Below are positions 25,134 to 37,589 of a stretch of 64,000 bases of DNA, piece after piece (the first letter of the stretch is position 1; each line of letters begins with the position of its first letter). The stretch is from Mobula hypostoma (taxonomy: Eukaryota), in the NCBI RefSeq assembly GCF_963921235.1, contig NC_086097.1, forward strand, positions 36,272,001 to 36,336,000. The letters run 5' to 3'. The position numbers were made by a program, and so were the translations under genes. Below the pieces are notes generated by a model. It was not told the DNA's origin, did not search any database, and was given only the letters and a program-made list of their open reading frames with translations.

Positions 25134-25722
25134 ATCTAGATGATCCCACCTGAAGCTTGATCATAAAAAAAGAAGAAAAGTGAAGATCCTAATCAAAGTC
25201 TGTATTTGTCTAAATTATTAAATTTCACCTTTGATCATGTTTTGCCTTTCATACTTTGTGGCTTCATCACTTCAGACTTCATTCACATCTGTTGCAGTGA
25301 TTAATATTTCTCTCTCGCCAACTTCTACACCTTCCAATCCACAAAGCCCTGTTTCCAAGTGTGGTGTTTACAGGTGCGTCGATAGTGTTCAGCTCTCCTT
25401 CCACCACTCACTCACCACTCTCTATTCTACCCGGTTTATTCAGAATTGAGTGATGTGCAAAGCCTGTCTCAGCAATCCCAGAACATCTGGTTGATGCCAC
25501 ATCTGACTCTTTCTGATTTGTTTATTCAAGCTACTGTATTTGTGAAATTGAACAAAGGCAGCATTAAGGTTCTGTGCTGGAACTGGGGGATGTGCTAATT
25601 TTAATTTTGGTTTTGTAAAACAGTTTTTAGTAACTTAGCTGTATAGGTCACCAGCTTTTAAGGTTTAGCACAGAGTGAGGAACTGTGACTGTCCCCTTTA
25701 GCACTGATTCTCAATGGCTTGT

Positions 25723-25738
25723 TGGCCATCTAGTGGCT
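25723..25738 (-). promoter_or_regulatory. Candidate CTCF site
   Basis: Minus strand reads GCCACTAGATGGCCA, matching the CTCF core, in non-repeat DNA. Confidence 0.45.
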
Positions 25739-25779
25739 GATTTAGTTCCAGTCAAGCTAATTCTTGTGCTCACCCATGA

Positions 25780-26212
25780 TTCAAAGTTCAAAGTAACTCT
25801 TACTATCCAATTACATATATGTCACCATATACAACCCTGAGATTCATTTTCTTGTGGGCATACTCAGCTAATCTACAGAATAGTAACGATAACAGTTACT
25901 GAAACATCGGCCAGAGTGCAGAAGCCAACAAACTGTCCAAATGCAAATATAAATAAATAGCAATAAGTAACAAGAGCATGAGATAAAAGAGTTCTTAATG
26001 TGAGATCATTGGTTGTGGGAACACTTCAATGATGGAGCAAATGAGAGTAGTGATTCCCTTTTATTCAAGGTCCTGATGGTTGAAGGGTAGTAACTGTTCT
26101 TGAACTTGGTGCAAGTTCTGAGGCTCCTGCACCTTCTATCTGATGGCAGCAGCGAGCAGAGATAATGAGCTGGGTGGTGGAGAGCTCTGATGATGGATGC
26201 TGCTTTCCTGTA
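25780..26212 (-). mobile_element. Rex/Babar LINE 3' end
   Basis: (TTCAAAG)n tail; reverse-complement similar to 55970-56070 plus 58846-59095. Confidence 0.65.
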
Positions 26213-27100
26213 GATATCAGTGGAATCATTCTAAGGCAAGGATTTTACAAAAAGATATATTGAAGTTCCAAAACCTGAGGAAAACTATTTGTCGCGCAAG
26301 TCGGTCGCAACTTTCTGCAGGTTGGTATTGACGTCTGCTTTTATTTTAAATGGCTTGCACTGTACTGTTGCCACAAAGCAACAGACTTCACAACAACAAC
26401 ACACAAAATGCTGGAGGAGATCAGCAGGTCGGGTAGCATCTGTGGAGAGGAATAAACAGCAAATGTTCCTCCAGCATTTTGTGTGTTTTGCTCAAGATTT
26501 CCAGAATCTGCAGAATTGCAAAGATAATAAACCTGTGTCGAATCCTTTGCTGAATGTATACTTCATCAAGGTATGCAAATAAGGGAATTTGAGGATAATG
26601 AAATTGGGACCGGTATTTCATTGCCACTTTTCCTCCTTTTTGTAGTTTTGAATTTTTTTTAACAGCAGAAATATAAAGGCATTGGTTTCACCCAGTTTCT
26701 TTGTTTTGAGGTCTTTGAAATTAGGTCAGAGGGCTTAATCTCTGTTGATATTATTAACATAGTGGATTAGTGGGGCTCTGACAGAAATTTTCAAATCATC
26801 TTTGGGCTCGTATAGGGTGACAGATGCCTGGAGGTCAGTGAATGTGATACCTTGTACTTGAGAAAGGCAAGTAATTGCAGAGCAGTGAATCTATCATCAG
26901 GCAAGGAGATTATTTGGAAAATAGTGAGGGACAGGATTAGTCTACAGTTGAAATGCAGAATTCGATCAAATGTAGGTTCAATAACTTTGTTAAAGCAAGA
27001 CTCTGACAAATTTAGTAATTTCTTCAAAAAAGTCAAATTATTCTTACAAAGTCCTTGCAGGTGTTCACTTGGACAAGATTCAACATGGGAGAATGGTCAT

Positions 27101-27804
27101 CTTGTACATCAGTCACTGAAAGCAAGCATGCAAGTACAGCAGGCAGTGAAAAAAGCTAATGGCATACTGGCCTTCATAACAAGGGGAATTGAGTATAAGA
27201 GCAAAGAGGTCCTTCTGCAGCTGTACAGGGCCCTGGTGAGACCACGCCTGGAGTACTGTGTGCAGTTTTGGTCTCCAAATTTGAGGAAGGACATTCTTGC
27301 TATTGAGGGAGTGCAGCGTAGGTTCACAAGGTTAATTCCTGGGATGGCGGGACTGTCATATGTCGAAAGATTGAAGCGACTGGGCTTGTATACTCTGGAA
27401 TTTAGAAGTCTGAGAGGGGATCTTATTGAAACATATAAGATTATTAAGGGATTGGACACACTGGAGGCAGGAAGCATGTTCCCACTGATGGGTGAGTCCA
27501 GAACCAGAGGCCACAGTTTAAGAATTAGGGGTAGGCTATTTAGAACGGAGTTGAGGAAAAACTTTTTCACCCAGAGAGTGGTGGATATATGGAATGCTTT
27601 GCCCCAGAAGGCTGTGGAGGCCAAGTCTCTGGATGCTTTCAAAAAAGAGATGGATAGAGTTCTTAAAGATAGTGGAATCAAAGGTTATGGGGATAAGGCA
27701 GGAACTGGATACTGATAGTGGATGATCAGCCATGATCACAGTGAATGGCGGTGCTGGCTCGAAGGGCCGAATGGCCTACTCCTGCACCTATTGTCTATTG
27801 TCTA
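27101..27804 (+). mobile_element. Young CR1 3' fragment with intact ORF2 C-terminus, inserted in older CR1 debris
   Basis: Open frame VHQSLKASMQVQQAVKKANG...GIKGYGDKAGTGY*; tail (TTGTCTA)2. Confidence 0.93.
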
Positions 27805-28089
27805 AATGTTGGAGCCCATGGGATCCAGAGCAGTGGTAACAGAATCTGAAATTAGCTTGGTGATTGAAGGTAGATGATGTTGCATTTGGAGTCTGTGGCT
27901 GGTAGTAAACCACACTGAGCAGGGCTGGGACCCTTGTTAGAACTTTGATATGAATGTACAATGTACAAGATAATATTTGTAAGTTCACAGATGACTCAAA
28001 TTAGTGGAGTTTGTTGATGGTACAGAGGGCAGTCTTTGGCTATAGAACTATAGTTTTGTTTTTGATAATATTAGCAGTGAAATAGAGCT

Positions 28090-28548
28090 TAGAACATAGA
28101 ACAGTACAGCACAGGAACAGGTATTGTGCTGAACTAGGTAAAAAGCAAATCAGAAATGCCCAAACACCAATCACTCCTACCCTCACAATGTCCATATCCC
28201 TCTATCTTCCTTGCATCCATGTGCCTATCCAAGTGTCTCTTAAAAGCCTCTAATGTATTTGCCTCTACAACTGTACCAGGCAGCACATTCTAGGCATCCA
28301 TGACTGAGTAAAAAATCTTGCCCCTCTTATCCCCTTGGAACCCTCCTGCTCTCACCTTCAAAGCATGCCCTCTGGTGTTAGGCATTTCAGCGCTGGAAGC
28401 AGATACTCCCTGTCTACTCTATTTATGCCTCTCATAATCTTATAAACCTCTATCGGATCTCCCTTCATCCTCCAGCGCGCCAGCGGAAACAAGCCAGGTG
28501 TATCCAGCCTCTTGTAATAGCACATGCCCTCTTAACCAGGCAGCATCC
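28090..28548 (-). mobile_element. CR1 3' fragment
   Basis: TAGAACATAGAAC tail and body similar to 7519-8060 and 49397-49900. Confidence 0.8.
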
Positions 28549-29034
28549 TTAATATCAGATGGAGTTTAATTCTGAAAAATGTGATGTAATTCGAGAGCTG
28601 GTAAGGGTAGGACAGGCAGAGTGAAGGGGAACACAAAATAGTCTGCAGATGCTGCGGTCAAAGCAACACTCACAACACGCTGGAGGAAGGGGAAGGCCCT
28701 TGGAAGCAAAGAGGAACATGGGACTTTCATGTATCTGTCCAGGAATCGCAGACAGAGAAGGTGGTTAAAAGGACATATATAATACTTGTTTTCATTAGTT
28801 TGGCTCTGGAAAATAAGAGTGGAGAAGTTATTGTAAAATTATGTAAACATCAGTTGAGCTCAGTAATATGTCTTAAGGAAGGACAGATTGTGTAGTAGAT
28901 TATGCAATGTGATTCATTGGAATATCTGTTCTGATAGCATTTTAGTTGTGAGGAGAAACTGGGGAGGCTGGATTTGTCTTCCTTGGGGCAGAGAAGGCTG
29001 AGGAAGAATCTATCCAGATTTAGAAGTGGTGACT

Positions 29035-29380
29035 GATGATGTTTGGTTCTTCGCTTGCGAAAGTCAGGAAGGAAGAAGAGTCCTTAGGAGCGACGGCAGG
29101 GCTGTTGGTTTCTGTGAAGGCCAGTTCTGGATCTGCCGTCTCTGGAGCAGCAGGGACATGGGAACAGCTGAGATGTAGGTGTTCGGGTAGTAGGAGCCTT
29201 TCTGCGTCTCCTCTTCTCTTCAGCAGTCGCTCTCCCGGATTCCTTAAACTTCTTGGCTGCTTTGTGGATCAGCGTTCTCCAGTGGTCTCTGTCACAAGCT
29301 AGCTGCTGCCAGTATTTGACCTCCATTTCCTTAAGGGAGAGCGACTGCTTAAATTGGTCTTGTACCCATTTCTGCAAGTT
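29035..29380 (-). mobile_element. RTE-clade LINE 3' end
   Basis: ORF 29084-29377: WQQLACDRDHWR...EEKRRRRK...FPCPCCSR..SRTGL (RTE C-terminus with zinc-finger remnant). Confidence 0.8.
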
Positions 29381-29857
29381 GCATGTTAGGAAAGAGATAA
29401 AAGGGTTTAGACAGGTTACAGAAGAGGTTTATCAAAATAATTGTAGGCATGGGGAATTTGAGTCACTGAAAAAATCGTGATTCTTCGTGGATCAGAAGAC
29501 ATTGTGAGGGGATCTGAGAGGTATTTGCAATCATGGTATTTCTTGACGGATTTCTTGAACATGGATCGGGATTTGGAATGATGATGTTGTGGCCAATACA
29601 GAGGCAGGACTGACTGCTTGATGTTCCGGCTTTTAAATGTTTCAAAAAGGATAGGGAGGAAGGTAAAAGAGGTGGAAGGGATTTATGGCATTGTTAATCA
29701 GGGATTCTATCACATCTGCAGAAGCAAGGAGGGTTTGTCTACTGAGTCAATGTGGTTAGATATCAGAAACAGGAAGGGAGCCATCATTATATTGAGAGTA
29801 TTCTGTAGGTCTCCAATAAACACTGGGACAGTGAGGAGAGATAGGTTAGATTCTGAT

Positions 29858-31600
29858 TTGCGGTGGGCTATTTCAAGGGTGAAGAGACAATTTCAAACCA
29901 GGTTGGAGGCGACATCGGATGTACAAGGGTTTGCTAGATATTACTTCCTACAAAGCAAAACCCAATAGCATGAATGGCAGCGATGCTTCACTACCAGATG
30001 AACTCAACAACTTCTGTGCCCGTTTGAAAGGGAGAATATAACTACAGCCGTGAAAATCCCTGCTGCACCCAATGACCCTGTGATCTCTGTCTCAGTGTTA
30101 GCAGGTTAGGCTGTCTTTAAAGAGAGTGAACCCTCTCAAAGTGGAAGGTCCCAGTGGAGTACCTGGTAAGGCCCTGGTGGGAGTATTCAAGAACATTTTC
30201 GACCTCTCATTGCTACAGGCGGAAGTTCAAAGAGGCAACAATTATACCAGTGCCTAAGAAGAATAATGTGAGCTGTTCAGTGACTGTTGCCCGGAAGCAC
30301 TCACATCTACAGTGATGAAATGCTTTGAGAGGTTGGTGATTGCAATTTGCCTATCGTCACAATAGGTCAACGGCAGGTGCAATCTCAATGGGTCTTTGCA
30401 TGGCTTTAGACCACGTGGACAACACAAACACCTATGTCAGGATGCTGTTCATCGACTATAGGTCAGTATTTAATGCTATCAATCCCACAGTCCTGATTGA
30501 GAAGTTGCAGAACCTGGGCCTCTGTACCTCCCTCTGCAATTGGATCCTCGACTTCCTAACCGGAAGACCACAATCTATGCGGATTGGTGATAACAAGTCC
30601 TCCTTGCTGACGATCAACACTGGTGCACCTCAGGGGTGTGTGCTTAGCCCACTGCTCTGCTCTCTCTATACCCAGGACTACGTGGTTAGCCACAGCTCAA
30701 ATACAATCTATAAATTTGCTGATTATACAACCATTGTTGGTAGAATCTCAGACGGTGATGAGAGGGCGTACAGGAGTGAGATATGCCAACTAGTGGAGTG
30801 GTGCCACAGCAACAACCTGGCACTCAACGTCAGTAAGACAAAGGAGTTGATTGTGGACTTCAGGACGGGTAAGACAAAGGAACACATACCAATCCTCGTA
30901 GAGGGGTCAGAGGTGGAGAGAGTTAGCAGTTTCAAGTTTCTGGATGTCAAGATCTCTGAGGATCTAACCTGGTCCCAACATATCGATGCAGTTATAAAGA
31001 AAGCAAGACAGCGACTATAATTAATTAGGAGTTTGAAGAGATTTGGTACATTAACAAAAACACTCAAAAACTTCTATAGATGTACCGTGGAGAGCATTTT
31101 GAGAGGCTGCTTCACTGTCTGGTATGGGGGGTGGGGGGGCTACTGCATAGGACTGAAAGAAGCTGCAGAGGGTTGTAAATTTAGTCGGCTCCATCTTGTG
31201 TACTAGCCTACAAAGTACGCAGGACATCTTCAAGGAGCAGTGTCTCAGAAAGGCAGCGTCCATTATTAAGGACCTCTAACACCCAGGGTATGCCCGTTTC
31301 TCACTGTTACCACACACGGTGATTCAGGGAGAGCTTCTTCCCCTCTGCCATCGGATTCCTAAATGGACATTGAATCCTTAAACACTACCTAACTTTTTAA
31401 ATATATATTATTTCTGGGTTTTTTGCTCGATTTTTAATCTATTCAACATATGTATACTATAATTTTTTTTTCTTTTCAAATCTTTAACTGTAATTTATTT
31501 ATTATTTTTCCTTCTGTATTATATATTACATTGAACTTCTACTGCTAATTTAACAAATTTCATGACATGCCGGTGATAATAAACCTGATTCGGATTCTGA
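29858..31600 (+). mobile_element. Rex1/Babar-clade LINE, 5'-truncated
   Basis: [59 protein letters not shown]; tail AATAAACCTGATTCGGATTCTGA; GATTCTGAT at both ends (29849-29857, 31593-31601). Confidence 0.9.
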
Positions 31601-32311
31601 TATTTTGGAAAGGTGCAAAACTGACAGGGATGCTGCCACGGGGACTTCAACTTCCCTAAAGATGATTGGCACCTTGGTGCAAATGGTTTAGTTGGGGCAC
31701 AATTAGTTAAGTGTGTCCAGGAAGGATTCCTGACAGCATTATGTAGACAGAATGACTGGAGGAGAGGCCATTCTGGATCAACTATTAGCTAATGAACCTG
31801 GCCAGGTGACGGACCACCTCTTGGAGGATGAATATTTTGGAGATAGTAACCACAATTCCCTGACCTTTGGCATAGCCATGGACAAGGATAGGATTAGAGA
31901 GTGTGGGAAAGTTTAATTGGGGAAGGATTAATTATTGATGGAACTGGGCAGGAACAGGGGAGTGTAAAGTGGGAACAGATGTTCTCAGAGAAATGCATCA
32001 CAGCAGTGTGGAGATTGTTCGGGGAGCACCTGGATGTGGTTCTGGATAGGTCTTTGCTACTGAGGCAGTGAAAGGATGGTAGGGTGATGGAACAATGTTT
32101 AACAAGAGGTGGAACATTTAGTGAAGAAGAAGAAGGGGAGTATACATGATTTAGGAAACAATAATCAGACAGGGCGCTTGGGAATTGTAAACTAGCTAGG
32201 AAGGAGTTTAAGGAAATTAGGAGATTTACAAGGGGACATGAAGGCCTTGAAGGATTAAAGAAACCCCAAGGCATTCTACATGTACATGAATAACAGGAGG
32301 ATGACTATAAG

Positions 32312-33433
32312 GTATATGGGGGTAAGGTATTGGTGTGGGTGGAGAATTGGTTAGCAGACAGGAAGCAAAGAGTGGGAATAAACGGGACCTTTTCAGAATG
32401 GCAGGCAGTGACTAGTGGGGTACCGCAAGGCTCAGTGCTGGGACCCCAGTTGTTTACAATATATATTAATGACTTGGATGAGGGAATTAAATGCAGCATC
32501 TCCAAGTTTGCGGATGACACGAAGCTGGGTGGCAGTGTTAGCAGTGACGAGGATGCTAAGAGGATGCAGGGTGACTTGGATAGGTTGGGTGAGTGGGCAA
32601 ATTCATGGCAGATGCAATTTAATGTGGATAAATGTGAAGTTATCCACTTTGGTGGCAAAAATAGGAAAACAGATTATTATCTGAATGGTGGCCGATTAGG
32701 AAAAGGGGAGGTGCAACGAGACCTGGGTGTCATTATACACCAGTCATTGAAAGTGGGCATGCAGGTACAGCAGCGGTGAAAAAGGCAAATGGTATGCTGG
32801 CATTTATAGCGAGAGGATTCGAGTACAGGAGCAGGGAGGTACTACTGCAGTTGTACAAGGCCTTGGTGAGACCACACCTGGAGTATTGTGTGCAGTTTTG
32901 GTCCCCTAATCTGAGGAAAGACATTCTTGCCATAGAGGGAGTACAAAGAAGGTTCACCAGATTGATTCCTGGGATGGCAGGACTTTCATATGAAGAAAGA
33001 CTGGATGAACTGGGCTTGTACTCGTTGGAATTTAGAAGATTGAGGGGGGATCTGATTGAAACGTATAAGATCCTAAAGGGATTGGACAGGCTAGATGCAG
33101 GAAGGTTGTTCCCGATGTTGGGGAAGTCCAGAACGAGGGGCCACAGTTTGAGGATAGAGGGGAAGCCTTTTAGGATCGAGATTAGGAAAAACTTCTTCAC
33201 ACAGAGAGTGGTGAATCTGTGGAATTTCTCTGCCACAGGAAACAGTTGAGGCCAGTTCATTGGCTATATTTAAGAGGGAGTTAGATATGGCCCTTGTGGC
33301 TACGGGGGTCGGGGTATGGAGGGAAGACTGGGGCGGGGTTCTGAGTTGGATGATCAGCCATGATCATAATAAGTGGCGGTACAGGCTCGAAGGGCCGAAT
33401 GGCCTACTCCTGCACCTATTTTCTATGTTTCTA
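32312..33433 (+). mobile_element. Young 5'-truncated CR1 LINE nested in old CR1
   Basis: ORFs 32330-32779 and 32776-33249; 7-bp TSD CTATAAG at 32305-32311 and 33431-33437. Confidence 0.97.
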
Positions 33434-36400
33434 TAAGTGAGGGTAGGAGTGCTCAGGGATAAAAGAAGAAACATGCCTTGAGTAGGAGAAGGTAGGAAGG
33501 TCCTTAATAAAATCTTTGCTTCAGTGTTCATCATGGAGAGGGCCTTTGAATGAGAGTCCACCATAGAATAGGCAGTGTGCTGGAACATGTCGAGGTTAAG
33601 AGGCAGTTTTATGGCTTCTGAAAAAGAATAGGATAGATACGTCCCTGGGGGTTAGATAACTATATAATGCAGCTTACTATTGGAAACAAAGGATGAGATT
33701 GCTGGGGCATTTAGGAGTACGACCAGGGGACTGGAGGATGGAATATGTTGTTTCTTTGTTGAAGAAAGTTGATGGGGATTATCCTGGGAATTACAGACCC
33801 GTGCATCATTGGTGGACAAACTAATGGAGCAAATTCTTGGGGACAGAGTTTGCAAGCATTTGAAGAAGCATAGTCTTATTGGGGATAACCAGCATGTCTT
33901 TGTGAGGGACAGGTTGTGCCTCATGAGCCTGATTGGCTTTTTTTTAAGGAGGTAACAAAAGAAATTGATGAAGGTGCATTAGTGGGTTTGATAGATATGG
34001 GTTTTATTTAAGGCATTTGACAGGGTTCCCTGTGATCATGAAGCATGGGATCCATGGAAACCTGGTTGCCTGGATTCAGGTTTTGCGTGTCCACATAAGG
34101 CAGGTGTTATTAGATGGATCATATTCTGCCTATAGGTCAGTGACTAGTGCTGTTCCACAGGTATTTGTTTTGGGACTGCCGCTCTTTCTGTGATTTTATA
34201 TATGACTTGGATGACAAAGTGGAAGGGTGGGTTAGTAAATTCATAAATGTCAAAGATTGGTGGTGAAGTGGGTAGCGTAGGAGGTTGCCCTAGGTTACAA
34301 TGGGATATGGACAGGATGTAGAGCTGGTGGATGGAGTTCAACACAGAAAGTGTGAAGTGATACACTTTGCAAGATTGAACTTGAAGGCGGAGTACGAGAT
34401 TAGTGGCAGGACTCTTAGCAGTGCGGAGGAACAAAGGGATCTTGATGTCCATGGCCATAGATTCCTCAAAGTTGCTTCACACATCGATGGAGTGGTTAAG
34501 AAGGCATATGGTGTGTTTGCTTTCTTTAGTTGGGGAACTGTGTTCAAGAGCAGCAAGGTAATGTTGCGCTCTATAAAACTCTAATTAGACCACACTGAGT
34601 ATTATGTTCAGTTCTGGTTGCCTCATCATAGGAAGGATATAGAAGCTTTAGAGAGATGTTGAGATTTCAGGATGTTGCCTGGATTAGAGAATATATCTTA
34701 TGAGGAAAGGTTGAGTACGCTAGGGCTTTTCTCTGCAGTGAAAGAGGATGAGAGGCAATTTGATGGAGGTATACAGTATAAGATTGAGAGTCATGGATAG
34801 AGTGGACAGCTAGCACCTTTCTCCCAGGGTGGCAATGGCAGATCTCACAAGGTGAGTAAGATGTCACAGGTGGGTTTTCTACCTAGTATGTACCTGGAAT
34901 GCTCTGCTGAGTGTGGTGGTAAACAGGCTGGCATAATAGGGATATTTAAGAGACTCTTGCTGATATAGACCAGGAATGTAAGAAAAATAGAAGGTAATGG
35001 GCTGTGTAAAGCATTAGATTGATTGTGGAGTAGCTTTGTATAGGTCAGCACAACATTGTAGGCTGAAGGGCCCATACTGTGCTCTGCTGTTCTATTTTCA
35101 CTAGCAGAAGGATCAAATAACAAGGGATGTGGAATGTGAATACTGTAATTGGCAAAGGAAACGCAGGTAACAAAACTTTTTTGTTTTGTTGAAAAATGCT
35201 TACAGTCCAAAATAAACTTCCCAGAGTGGTCGAATATGCAAATCCACTGGGAAGGAGTCTTTCTTCCATGCCTTTTCCCTTTCTGTAATTTGGTGAAATT
35301 GACACTTCAAACACCTGTGCTCTGATTTTTTTTCTCTCTGTTTTTAGCCAGTTTGGCAAGGTGGTGGCTTATCCTGGGCTGAGTCTAGGGCTTATGTATA
35401 TTGACTCTCGAATTACAAATATGTCGATTGGCAGTAAAACCCATTTGGTTTCAATTTTTATTTTGGCCAAATTAGACAGTTTGAATGTTGCACTCACACG
35501 AAAAAAGTGAGGGAGATATATGGCAGATAAAAAAACAATTGCTGACTTGAAAATTGGAGAATCTTAATGCAGCTTGCAGATTTGATTGGTTGTTCTGTAA
35601 CAATAAATGAAGTGGAGCAGTCTTGTGCAATGGTCTGTAAAGGGCCCCGATGCCAAACAGGCACAGCTAAACCAATTAGTTATTTATTTTCAATTTTTAA
35701 ATTATACAAAATAGGAACTGTTGTCAGCTTTTTTTTACCCTTGTACTGAACTCATAGAATGGGCCCACTATCCTGTTTGCCTATATTAGGCTGTACCCCT
35801 TTATTCCTTCCCTATATGAATCTTCATTTCATTATCTCTAGCATTTTTATTTTTAAATTCTATGTAGATGAGGTTCTACCAATCAGAAAGATTTTTTCCC
35901 CTCAGTAACACATTGTTTTGTACTAAACTCATATCACCTGATTCATTTTATACTGTAAAACTTGATAATCCAGGAAACTTGGGACTTAGATCTGGGCTGG
36001 TAGGTTTTTCCTGACCTATTGCATATTGTCCTATTAATACCCAAACACAGTAGTTTCCAATGAATCTGCTGAGTTTAAAGGCAGTGGGAAATCTGCCCAT
36101 CTTCCAAGCTGCATTCCTGGACTGGTAGCACACTAAGCCAGCTGTCTTGATATTGGTCCACTTACATCTGAATATCCAGTTTGTTTTCCAGACTAATGAG
36201 TAAGCCACATGTCATATCCTCAGGATTTCCAAACAATCCTGAGATTATCCAAGTTTAATTCTATCTAAAAATCTGCACCTGACTAAATTGAATTTTAGCT
36301 AACAAGGCTGGATGATGGTCGTACTTGTTCTGCTGTTTAATTTAGTAAATTTTAGCAACTTTTCACAGGGCAGATTTATTGGCATAAAAGTCCATGCGAT

Positions 36401-37157
36401 TTGGAAAACTGGCTCCATGCAGGGAAAGCAAAGTTATGCTTGTATGGAGGTTGAATGAAGTTTGGCAATGCTTTCAGTGGTGGAGCACTGGAAATGTGAT
36501 GTAAAGAGTTAATTGAATTACATAGTGTGATACACACGTCTACTTCTGTGCTGTTTAGAATGTAGAGCACGATGGGATTGGAATTTAAATTATTTAAGCT
36601 TGCTGATGATACCAGAATAGGCAGTTGATGATGAGGGAAAAGTTCTGGATGAGACTGGGTTAAGTAGAGACAATATGGCAAACAAGAATTGATCTAGTTA
36701 AATGAGATAAATAACGAGGACTCTATGCGATTTAAGGTGCACACTTGTCTTGGTTGAGCTGTTGAATTAATGAGAAGAAATACTCCTGTGAAGCCACTGA
36801 ACTATATGTTGGAATAGTACCTATTGTATATAAGAAATCAATGGATGTTTACAGTGCTGTATTTACAGCTATGGCAGTTGCCATAGCTGGAAATGTTTTT
36901 ATTCGGAACAAGAATTCAGGGAAAATTGGAATTGTGAAGAGCGTAGGAAAATTTAAAAAAAAATATACAAGACAGTAATTTTTTTAAACTGGGAGGATGA
37001 ATGGGGGTAATTTTTCAAGTGGTGGTATCTGAGAGTAACAAGTTACAGATTGTCAACTGTTTTCTTGGTACTTAAAAATTCTCCTATGAAATTATAATAC
37101 CAAAAACTGCTATTTTGAATAGTGTGTATGTGTGTGTATACACATACATACACTGTG

Positions 37158-37428
37158 GGAGCTACAGTAGCATAGCAGTTAGCACACTATTACAGCTGGG
37201 GCAGAGTCAAGAGTTCCTGTAAGGAGTCTATGTATGTACCCCCCCCCCACCCCGTGGAATGTGTGGGTTTTTCCCTGGGTGCTCTGGTTTCCTCCCAAAG
37301 TCCAAAGATGTACCAGGTCAGTTGATAGGTCACTGTAAACTACCTCATGTTTAGGTTAGGTTGATCAGGGTTGTTGCGGATTGCAGGAGCAATGTGGCTT
37401 GAAGAGCCTACTCTGCACTAAATAAATA
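37158..37428 (+). mobile_element. tRNA-derived V-SINE-like element
   Basis: A-box-like head TAGCATAGCAGTTAGC and V-domain-like GGGTGCTCTGGTTTCCTCCCA..TCCAAAGA. Confidence 0.65.
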
Positions 37429-37589
37429 TAATGGTAAACAATAGCTTAATTGCATCTTAAAACATTTATATCATGAGTTTAATAAGCAGCATACAGGTTC
37501 TATAGGGTTTATTTTCAGTTAATAACTGGTTGCAGAACAGTAAATTTAATAGGCTGTAAAATCTTTTAAAAATAGCACGGACACACTGA

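Larger units (their letters stand above)
29480..35097 (+). mobile_element. Old CR1 LINE (endonuclease to 3' end), split by a Rex/Babar and a young CR1
   Basis: STESMWLDIRNRKG (29618 ORF); continues at 31602-32311 and 33431-35097 to a CR1 3' tail; collinear with 56072-58845. Confidence 0.85.

Noticed and set aside
27109..27681. Long antisense ORFs over CR1 copies (also 32733-33260 and 21024-21305)
   Set aside because: Shadow frames of the CR1 RT, recurring in every copy
26852..27715. 287-aa ORF as a novel fusion gene
   Set aside because: Chance in-frame join of decayed CR1 sequence to a young CR1 3' fragment; non-ATG start and no RT catalytic core
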